Source: Candidatus Tayloriibacteriota bacterium
Lineage (GTDB): Bacteria; Patescibacteriota; Minisyncoccia; Phycocordibacterales; GWA1-40-21
DNA length: 21,226 bases
NCBI GenBank assembly: GCA_026395155.1
Contig: JAPLZG010000083.1
Span: forward strand, 1 to 21,226
Reading direction: 5' to 3'
Shown here: in pieces, positions 14,457 to 21,226 of the stretch
Layout: the number at the start of each line of letters is the position of its first letter
How positions within the stretch are numbered: the first letter of the stretch is position 1
Translations under genes and position numbers: made by a program
Notes under the pieces: generated by a model
Told to the model about the DNA's origin: nothing
Databases searched by the model: none
What the model saw: only the letters and a program-made list of their open reading frames with translations

Positions 14457-14735
14457 ACTTGGCCAAAACAGAGTTCTCTTGCAAGTAGTAATCAACTTGA
14501 CCGCCCTTGTCGTGGGTTAAAAAATTACGAATATTTTAGGAGTGTTAGAAAACAACCCCTCGTAAGGTGTCGAGACAAAAAAACACCCCTATTTCTGCCT
14601 GGCCAAGAAATAGTGACCCGAGATAAAGGGAAGCGGCCCCTCTGAAAGGTATTCCTGAGTAAAGACGCCTTAGAAATAAGGTTTGAGGAACAAAATCCTC
14701 ATATTAAGGTCTTGGAATACTGAGTAAGTTGATTC

Positions 14736-14764
14736 TTACACCTCCAGAAATGGGGGTGTTTTTT
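14736..14764 (+). terminator. rho-independent terminator ending the hammerhead operon
   Basis: ACACCTCC-agaaat-GGGGGTGT followed by a T-tract. Confidence 0.9.
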
Positions 14765-14869
14765 TGTTTGACTTTAAAAAAATAATTGATAATGTTTAAT
14801 TAGATCTTGAGGAATAATTCCGAATGTACTGGATTCTCGTAACGACAAAACCAAGAAAGTGAGTTAAAG

Positions 14870-15220
14870 ATGAAGAGAATGCTTTTACTTTTTGGTATTT
14901 TCTTTCAGGTGTATTTGTCCTTTGTATATTTTGAAATCGTCGTCATAGATGGTCATAGTATGGATCCAACCATACATAATGGGCAGATTTGTATTATGTT
15001 TAAAAAACCAAATCCGGCACCAGGGGACATAGTTGAAGCCATCGATAACGAGGATACGGTAGTGTGTAAAAGATTAATCCAATATATCGATGGTGAAATG
15101 TTCTTAATTGGTGATAACAGGGATAACAGTCTCGACAGTCGAGTTTTAGGAACTGTTCCAATGTCTAGATACAAAGGGAAAATTGTAGCTATTTTGCCAT
15201 TTACTAAATCAACAATGTGA
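14870..15220 (+). CDS. S26-family signal peptidase I-like protein
   Basis: VVIDGHSMDPTIHNGQICIM...GDIV...VCKRLI...FLIGDNRDNSLDSRVLGTV. Confidence 0.88.
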   Translation: MKRMLLLFGIFFQVYLSFVYFEIVVIDGHSMDPTIHNGQICIMFKKPNPAPGDIVEAIDNEDTVVCKRLIQYIDGEMFLIGDNRDNSLDSRVLGTVPMSRYKGKIVAILPFTKSTM

Positions 15221-15268
15221 GAAAATTGATTTCTTCAAGAATGATATTTTCCGCTTGAATAAGGCGGG

Positions 15269-15297
15269 TTGCGTAGTCGCAACCCACTTTTTTTATG
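15269..15297 (+). terminator. terminator after the signal peptidase gene
   Basis: GGGTTGCG-tagt-CGCAACCC-ac-TTTTTTT. Confidence 0.9.
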
Positions 15298-15338
15298 TCT
15301 AGATTTTCAAATTACTTTTTCTTAACTTACTATTTAAG

Positions 15339-15360
15339 TACATACACCATGGTGTATGTA
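15339..15360. promoter_or_regulatory. 22-bp perfect palindrome
   Basis: TACATACACCATGGTGTATGTA; its core is shared with 20571-20600. Confidence 0.6.
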
Positions 15361-15472
15361 AAACTTTCTCTATAACGAAAGTTTATTAATTTAATTTTTT
15401 ACTTCAACTCCAAAAATACAGGGCACCCATATAGTAGAAAATCAGAATTTTTTATTATAGGTCAAGATGATC

Positions 15473-16306
15473 TTACTTTAGTTCCAATAATACTGGACAG
15501 TGGTCACTACCAAACATATCATCAAGTATTTCTGCTTTTTTTATTTTATCTTTTAGATTTGGGGAAACAAAAAAATAATCCAAACGCCAGCCAACATTTC
15601 TATCACGAGCAAAAGTTTTCATATCCCACCAAGAATATTTTATTGTTTCAGGATGAAGTGAGCGGAAAGTATCCGTATATCCAGCTCCGACAACTTTATC
15701 AAGCCAATCTCTTTCAATTCGCAAAAAACCAGTATGGTTTGAATTTTCTTTTGGTCGCGCAATATCTATTTCGTTATGTGCAGTATTTATATCACCACAA
15801 AAAATAATTTCTTTTGCCTGCCCTGAGCTTGTCGAAGGGCCGGACTTCCTCAACTTTTCAATAAATTTCAAAAAATGATCATAAAACTCTAATTTATATT
15901 TTAATCTCTCAGGATCCACACCTCCGTTAGGGAAGTACCCATTGATTACAACCAATTCTTCCTTGAGGTCGGTCCTCAAGGAATTAATACGGCTTAAATA
16001 AATGATTATTAAACGGCCTTCCTTATCCAATTCTGGAATTCCCAATCCATATTCTACATTCGATATTCGATATTCAATATTCGATTTCACATATATTGCA
16101 ACTCCACTGTATCCTTTTCGCATTTTTGAATGATCAAAATATGCATGATATCCAGCAGGGGAAACAACCTCTTGTGGAAGTTGCTCGGGATGGGCCTTTG
16201 TTTCTTGTAAACAAAAAATATCTGGATCAACTTCAAAAATAGAATTGAAAGCTCCTTTTTTATAAAAAGCGCGAAGTCCGTTTACGTTCCAAGAAAGTAA
16301 TTTCAT
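15473..16306 (-). CDS. xth: exodeoxyribonuclease III
   Basis: MKLLSWNVNGLRAFYKK...DIFCLQETKA...GDINTAHNEIDIARPK...GWRLDYFFVS...SDHCPVLLEL. Confidence 0.95.
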   Translation of the reverse strand: MKLLSWNVNGLRAFYKKGAFNSIFEVDPDIFCLQETKAHPEQLPQEVVSPAGYHAYFDHSKMRKGYSGVAIYVKSNIEYRISNVEYGLGIPELDKEGRLIIIYLSRINSLRTDLKEELVVINGYFPNGGVDPERLKYKLEFYDHFLKFIEKLRKSGPSTSSGQAKEIIFCGDINTAHNEIDIARPKENSNHTGFLRIERDWLDKVVGAGYTDTFRSLHPETIKYSWWDMKTFARDRNVGWRLDYFFVSPNLKDKIKKAEILDDMFGSDHCPVLLELK

Positions 16307-16386
16307 ATTTCAATAATAACATGAAATTAGTATGAGTATCAAAGAAAGTATGTGTATGGGTATTAGAAAGAGTATGAGTATGGGAA

Positions 16387-16794
16387 TTATAAAGGTTTGC
16401 AATCAAAAGCTGATTTGGCTAGTCCTGAGATAAGTCTTAAACATTTATAAATATTTTCCTTTGCTATTTTATAATCACTTTCAGAAACATAACCCAAATC
16501 AAGAGCAATTTTTAATTGATTATCTGTTTCATACAAAGAACCTTTAGCAATAGCGTAAAATTGTGTTTTATCTTTCTTAGTATTTCTACCAAAACCTTCA
16601 GCGATATTTGAAGTTACAGATACAACCGCTCTTTTAATTTGTGATGTAAGACCAAACTTTTCATCTTCTGGAAACTTCTTTGCTAATTTATATACAAAAA
16701 GTACCAATTTGTGACTTTCTTGCCAAGCAAACAAATCAGAAAAATCTTTTATTATTTTCTGTGTATTATACTCATACTTTATACCCATACTCAT
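16387..16794 (-). CDS. four-helix-bundle protein (23S rRNA intervening-sequence protein family)
   Basis: DLFAWQESHKLVLFVYKLAKKFPEDEKFGLTSQIKRAVVSVTSNIAEGFGR. Confidence 0.9.
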   Translation of the reverse strand: MSMGIKYEYNTQKIIKDFSDLFAWQESHKLVLFVYKLAKKFPEDEKFGLTSQIKRAVVSVTSNIAEGFGRNTKKDKTQFYAIAKGSLYETDNQLKIALDLGYVSESDYKIAKENIYKCLRLISGLAKSAFDCKPL

Positions 16795-16803
16795 ACGCTT
16801 TAA

Positions 16804-17139
16804 TTATTTCAAAAAAGTAAAAAGATTCCCAATAACTGGGAGTGGTTTTAGTTGTTTATTCAAAACATTCTTAATTCCAACAATAAGCAAAGCAATCATT
16901 GCAATATTCCAAAGTCCTTTGAAAAGGGAAAGGACGCCGAGCCACCAAGGAAGAAAATCTAATCCAAAATTTCCAACGACGGCCACAGCAAGCAAAATTA
17001 TTCCCTGATTGATATGAAAATTTAGAAATGATGAACGATTCTTCACTGCAAGTAGGGGAATAAGAAATAAAATATAAGCTAAAATACTCCAAAGCTTGTC
17101 GTGATCTATTTCGTGATTATTTGATGATTCTGGGTTCAT
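16804..17139 (-). CDS. DUF4870-like small membrane protein
   Basis: KLWSILAYILFLIPLLAVKNRSSFLNFHINQGIIL.... Confidence 0.75.
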   Translation of the reverse strand: MNPESSNNHEIDHDKLWSILAYILFLIPLLAVKNRSSFLNFHINQGIILLAVAVVGNFGLDFLPWWLGVLSLFKGLWNIAMIALLIVGIKNVLNKQLKPLPVIGNLFTFLK

Positions 17140-17223
17140 GATTTTTGATTTGAGTTAAATTAATAATAAAAACATTATAACATAAGATGGATTACCACGA
17201 GATTACTCTCGCAAAGACAAATC

Positions 17224-17255
17224 AGAGGGGTTTGGCTCCCGCTAAACCCCTCTGT
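17224..17255 (-). terminator. terminator hairpin downstream of the xer gene
   Basis: CAGAGGGGTTT...AAACCCCTCTG, 11 bp. Confidence 0.65.
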
Positions 17256-17304
17256 TGTATTATTCGTATCCATTCGTATCATTAGTACCATTAGTATATT
17301 GGTA

Positions 17305-18279
17305 TTATGGTTTATTATGAAACTTTTTGTGGATATCTCGAAGATGTTTATCTGTAATATGTGTATAAATCTGAGTTGTAGCTATATTTGCGTGACCAAG
17401 CATCATTTGAACAGAACGAATATCTGCTCCATTTGAAAGTAAGTCTGTGGCGAAGCAATGGCGGATGACATGGGGTGTCACTTTTTTTGTAATTCCTGCA
17501 ATTGTTGCATATTTTTTTACAATTCTTTCTATTGTACGATGATCAAGACCTTTTAAAATTTCTTTACTTAAGACTCCACCCTTTTTATTTTTATTAGAAG
17601 CTTTTTTCTCATTATAAACAGGAACAAAAAGAGCATCCGACATATCTTTCCTTAAAGCTAAATATTCTTTAATAGCTTTTTTGGCTTCATCAGAAAGAAA
17701 GACCACACGCACTTTATTACCTTTTCCACGGATGGAAAATTCATCCATATTTAAATCCAAATCATTTCCAAGCGAACAAAGTTCGGCTACACGCAAACCA
17801 GTAGAGAAAAGCAATTCCAAAATTGCCTTGTCACGAGCCTTTCTTTCAGGATTTTCTTCTTTATTTGGAGCATCCATAAGACGTTTTAATTCTGCGGGGG
17901 AAATCACATCAATTGAACGTTCACCAACTTTTGCAAGCTCTATATTATCGGCTGGAAGGGAAGTAACGCCACGACGAGTAAGAAATTTAAGAAAAGTTCG
18001 CAAAGCAATCAAATAATAATTTTGAGTTTTTTTACTCATCGTACCACCAGCTGAAACTGGCTCTCCAAATAAGTGATATGCTTTTGCACCAGGTCTACGG
18101 TTGAGCCAGATACGAAATTCGCGAACTTTTTCATTGGTAATATCCTTTGGATCAGTAATTTTAGATTGACTTAAAAAAACTGTTAAATAATGGTCGTAGT
18201 TTCCAATAGTTTTCACCGCTCGTCCTTTTTCTATCTCGATATATTCGAGAAATTGAGTTTTTAGTTCGTTGATGGTCAT
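17305..18279 (-). CDS. tyrosine recombinase (XerC/XerD-like)
   Basis: LLFSTGLRVAELCSL; TPHVIRHCFATDLLSNGADIRSVQMMLGHANIATTQIYTH (R-HxxR-H-Y catalytic residues). Confidence 0.93.
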   Translation of the reverse strand: MTINELKTQFLEYIEIEKGRAVKTIGNYDHYLTVFLSQSKITDPKDITNEKVREFRIWLNRRPGAKAYHLFGEPVSAGGTMSKKTQNYYLIALRTFLKFLTRRGVTSLPADNIELAKVGERSIDVISPAELKRLMDAPNKEENPERKARDKAILELLFSTGLRVAELCSLGNDLDLNMDEFSIRGKGNKVRVVFLSDEAKKAIKEYLALRKDMSDALFVPVYNEKKASNKNKKGGVLSKEILKGLDHRTIERIVKKYATIAGITKKVTPHVIRHCFATDLLSNGADIRSVQMMLGHANIATTQIYTHITDKHLRDIHKKFHNKP

Positions 18280-18635
18280 AGATTTTAGATTCTAGATTTC
18301 AGATTTTAGAATAATTCATGAAACCTAAATTCCTTGGATAATAATAGCATAAATACATGTCGCACAATAATTGGGGATGAATATTGAATGTAGAATATTG
18401 AATTTTGTTTCACCAAAGATACAATGCGATATCAGCTTTTTCTGGATTCGTAGCCATTCGTTCACCCTATAAAGTTTGGACTGACGTCCCCCACCAGTGT
18501 ACTTGTGGGGGACAGTAAAATCTTTGATTTTACATCAGTCCAAAATTTATTGGGTAAATTATCAGTAGAGTGCAAAAATGGGTGGGGTTATTCAAGGATT
18601 TGCATATTTGTCTTAAGTATGCTAAATTATGTGGT

Positions 18636-18896
18636 ATGTTAACTAAAACAAAAAAGCAAAAAATAATTAAGGAAGTGGCAATACATGACACAGACACTGG
18701 TTCTCCAGAGGTTCAAGTTGCTATGCTTTCTAAGAAAATTGATGAATTAACTAAGCATTTGAAGAAAAATGCTAAAGATAATCACTCAAGAAGAGGTCTT
18801 CTCGGAATGGTTGCTGATAGAAGAAATCACCTTAAATACTTACAGAAGAATGCACCAAAGAGATACGACGCTATAATGAAGAAAATCGGTTTATAA
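18636..18896 (+). CDS. rpsO: 30S ribosomal protein S15
   Basis: MLTKTKKQKIIKEVAIHDTDTGSPEVQVAMLSKKIDELTKHLKKNAKDNHSRRGLLGMVADRRNHLKYLQK; start trimmed relative to the track. Confidence 0.96.
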   Translation: MLTKTKKQKIIKEVAIHDTDTGSPEVQVAMLSKKIDELTKHLKKNAKDNHSRRGLLGMVADRRNHLKYLQKNAPKRYDAIMKKIGL

Positions 18897-19091
18897 TTCA
18901 GACGCAGACTAAACGCTGACCCCAGTAGTAGAAATCAGAATTTCACTACGAGGTAAACTTTTCGCGGACTTCACGCAGAAAAAATACACAAAAAAATAAA
19001 ATCTGCCTTCTGGCAGATTTTATTTTTTAGAGAATATTGCACCACAAGAGTATTTCGATTTTCTAATTGCTTCGCTCAAGAAAATTAGGTC

Positions 19092-19178
19092 AAATATTGA
19101 ATGTAGAATATTGTGGAGGAATTTGCCGTAGGCAAATTCCTCCAGCTATTTCTTAATTTAATATTCTACATTCAATAT
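19092..19178. repeat. nested inverted-repeat (MITE-like) element
   Basis: AATATTGAATGTAGAATATT (19092) / AATATTCTACATTCAATATT (19159-19178) enclosing TGGAGGAATTTGCC-gta-GGCAAATTCCTCCA. Confidence 0.85.
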
Positions 19179-19376
19179 TCAAAATGGTATAATAAATGCA
19201 GGTCGAAATAATAGCTACTAGCTTTTAGCTTATAGCTGTTAGTAAATTTAATAGTTTTAATAAATAGGAGTGTAACCCCAGTGAAATATCCGTCTACGAC
19301 GGAGAAAAACTTCAGAAAGTTTTTATTTCACGGGGTGATGATTTTTATAGTCATTATCATTCCTTAAAAATCAATC

Positions 19377-19904
19377 ATGTCTGTTATAAAACACAAAAGT
19401 CAAAGAGTTGGAATTTTTATAGATACACAAAACCTTTATCATTCAGCAAAAAATTTATATGGAGCAAAAGTAAATTTTGGACAAGTTGTCAAAGATGCTT
19501 TAGATGGAAGAGTTTTAATAAGAGCAACGGCTTATGTCATAACTACAGAATCTGGAGATGAAAAAAGTTTTTTTGAAGCTTTAACTAAAGTTGGAATAAC
19601 TACAAAGACAAAAAACTTACAAATTTTCCCTGGTGGTTCAAAAAAGGCCGATTGGGATGTTGGTATGGCAATAGATGCAATATCACTTGCCGGAAAAGTA
19701 GATGCTGTTGTCCTCATAACAGGGGATGGAGACTTTATTCCACTAGTTGAATACTTAAAAATAAATCATGGGTGCCAAGTAGAATGTGTTTCATTTGGAA
19801 AATCAACATCATCAAAGCTTATAGAAGCAGTCGATGGATTTATGGACTTGGATCAGAATCCGAGAAAGTATTTGCTTGGAACCCCCACAGGAAGAAGAAC
19901 ATAA
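19377..19904 (+). CDS. NYN/LabA-like (DUF88) domain protein
   Basis: RVGIFIDTQNLYHSAKNLYG...KKADWDVGMAIDAISLAGKVDAVVLITGDGDFIPLVEYLK. Confidence 0.9.
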   Translation: MSVIKHKSQRVGIFIDTQNLYHSAKNLYGAKVNFGQVVKDALDGRVLIRATAYVITTESGDEKSFFEALTKVGITTKTKNLQIFPGGSKKADWDVGMAIDAISLAGKVDAVVLITGDGDFIPLVEYLKINHGCQVECVSFGKSTSSKLIEAVDGFMDLDQNPRKYLLGTPTGRRT

Positions 19905-19940
19905 TTGTTATAAATGTTGTAATTGTCATAAATGTAGGAG

Positions 19941-20011
19941 AAAGAGGGGATTTTCGCCTTTGTCTCGCCGAAGCATCTTGCAAAGGCGGAGAGCGAAAAT
20001 CCTCTCTTTTT
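19941..20011 (+). terminator. large terminator-like hairpin
   Basis: AAAGAGGGGATTTTCGC / GCGAAAATCCTCTCTTT (17 bp, one wobble) followed by TTTTT; the inner loop carries a GCCG...GGCGG repeat. Confidence 0.75.
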
Positions 20012-20014
20012 GTC

Positions 20015-20034
20015 ATTCCCGCGCAGGCGGGAAT
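20015..20034. repeat. REP-like ATTCCCGC-gcag-GCGGGAAT
   Basis: Perfect 8-bp inverted repeat, typical of ATTCCCGC/GCGGGAAT dispersed repeats. Confidence 0.75.
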
Positions 20035-20049
20035 CCAGTTCTTTATGTA

Positions 20050-20077
20050 TTGACAATGTAATGACATTGTATATACT
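20050..20077 (+). promoter_or_regulatory. promoter with an operator-like inverted repeat
   Basis: TTGACA-16 nt-TATACT; CAATGT-aatg-ACATTG (20054-20069) overlaps the spacer. Confidence 0.65.
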
Positions 20078-20083
20078 TAAAAT

Positions 20084-20275
20084 ATGAAAAAGAAAAGTAA
20101 TAGGATGACAGCGACCTTCCAATTTAGGATAAGTGTTGAAGATAAAAATAAGTTAAAGAAAATATGCGCAAAACAAGGATTGACTATCTCGGCAGCAGTT
20201 CGAATGTTTTTTAGCGAATGCATACGCTTAGGCAGGCTTCCTTTTACTTATACAGGGGAAGAAATTAAAAAATAA
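20084..20275 (+). CDS. RHH-type RelB/DinJ-like antitoxin or regulator
   Basis: MTATFQFRISVEDKNKLKKICAKQGLTISAAVRMFFSECIRLGRLPF. Confidence 0.75.
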   Translation: MKKKSNRMTATFQFRISVEDKNKLKKICAKQGLTISAAVRMFFSECIRLGRLPFTYTGEEIKK

Positions 20276-20450
20276 GAATGCACCACTTCAAAACCAACCA
20301 CCTCGTCATCAGAATGCCACTCATCATTACATAATCAGTACACCTTTCGCTTTCTGAATACAGAATACTCAAGGTTTTTCATTTGGGTCACCATACCCAA
20401 ATTTCAACCTTAAACAAGGCGGAGATTCAGAAAAGTCCGAAATCCCATTA

Positions 20451-20542
20451 GATCCCCACCTTAGTTAAGGCGGGGTGGTGAGTCTGCGAACCGGGGCGGT
20501 GTGTCTGAGGAGCACCCGAGTCCTCGAGGGGGAGGTGGTGTG
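20451..20542. repeat. ~90 bp dispersed structured repeat, copy B
   Basis: Matches 9741-9829. Confidence 0.8.
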
Positions 20543-20570
20543 ATTTGTAACTGAAATTCGCTATAATCAA

Positions 20571-20600
20571 CTTTTAGATACACCATGGTGTATCTAAAAG
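20571..20600. promoter_or_regulatory. 30-bp perfect palindrome
   Basis: CTTTTAGATACACCATGGTGTATCTAAAAG. Confidence 0.75.
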
Positions 20601-20698
20601 TAAATATATAGCCATGTTCAAGCTATTGCATTTATTTTGAGGGGGGGGGTAAAATGGTATCAAGTCGGAAAAATTTTATAAATTAATCAAATAAAAAT

Positions 20699-21226
20699 AT
20701 GTTAGACAAAGCACCAACAGACGATATGTCACAAACACCAACGGTTATACCAGATGTAGAAAATATAGGGGAAAAAGGAACAGAAGAAAGCAGTGCTTTA
20801 TTTAGAAAATTCCCAGGTTTTTTTAGTGAGCCACAAAACAAATCTCTGTATGAAGACGGCAATTATTCAGAGAAGAACATTTTTATGCTTGAATACTTTA
20901 AAAGTAAGGTGGTCGAAACAGATAATTTTATTGCTCTAGTAATGGACTACGCAGAAAGAGGGTATGTATTTAATGAAACTGCCGCTAAAGTATTAAAAAT
21001 TGTGTTTAGAAGAAAAGACGGGTGGGAGGAAAAGACAATAAAAGAAAGTTACTGGATAGATGACGGGCCTAAAAGTGGGATGGATTGGGGGCAACCAAGA
21101 TTATTAATAGAAGATAAAGGCTCAGATAAATTTATTGTTAGTCTTTTAGGCTACGAAAAAGACACTGTTAATGCCAGATTTGAAGTAGACCTATCAAAAA
21201 AAGCAGAAATCGAAAAAATAGCCTAA
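20699..21226 (+). CDS. hypothetical protein, 175 aa
   Basis: Complete ORF ending with TAA at the window edge; no family recognised. Confidence 0.65.
   Translation: MLDKAPTDDMSQTPTVIPDVENIGEKGTEESSALFRKFPGFFSEPQNKSLYEDGNYSEKNIFMLEYFKSKVVETDNFIALVMDYAERGYVFNETAAKVLKIVFRRKDGWEEKTIKESYWIDDGPKSGMDWGQPRLLIEDKGSDKFIVSLLGYEKDTVNARFEVDLSKKAEIEKIA

Noticed and set aside
11803-14765. Reverse-transcriptase/retron or group II intron interpretation
   Set aside because: No reverse transcriptase ORF or domain V/VI structure is visible in the window; only tiny ORFs are present.

Overview
This 21 kb window looks like a Patescibacteria/CPR-type bacterial chromosome, judging by gene content and style only. It carries small housekeeping genes (HU-like protein, NAD kinase, CCA-adding enzyme, YraN, S26 signal peptidase, exonuclease III, Xer recombinase, rpsO, NYN protein), four tRNAs (Gly-TCC, Pro-TGG, Arg-TCG, Gly-GCC) and many small palindromic repeats, several of them inserted in frame in housekeeping genes. 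The most striking region is about 11803-14765. It is a ~3 kb plus-strand unit with a sigma70-like promoter at one end and a rho-independent terminator at the other. It encodes only tiny proteins (23-73 aa) and is punctuated by five hammerhead (type III topology) ribozyme motifs. Four have a fully consensus core. The fifth has a C3-to-A core change but keeps a perfect 7-nt loop-loop complement. Each ribozyme is preceded by a dedicated hairpin and followed by a GTTCTTT motif, and four of the five are then followed by an RBS and small ORF. Ribozyme modules are shuffled: an 88-bp identical upstream module is joined to different stem I types, and one stem II pair shows compensatory change. I interpret it as a self-cleaving polycistronic transcript, possibly previously undescribed. 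Other observations are a cluster of parS-like sites with a perfect DnaA box (8.9-9.9 kb), inverted duplications of tRNA 3' ends forming terminator hairpins, a duplicated structured leader upstream of the HU gene, a 30-bp perfect palindrome, and an orphan RHH regulator with a likely leaderless mRNA and an operator-like inverted repeat. Coordinates of motifs were counted by hand.
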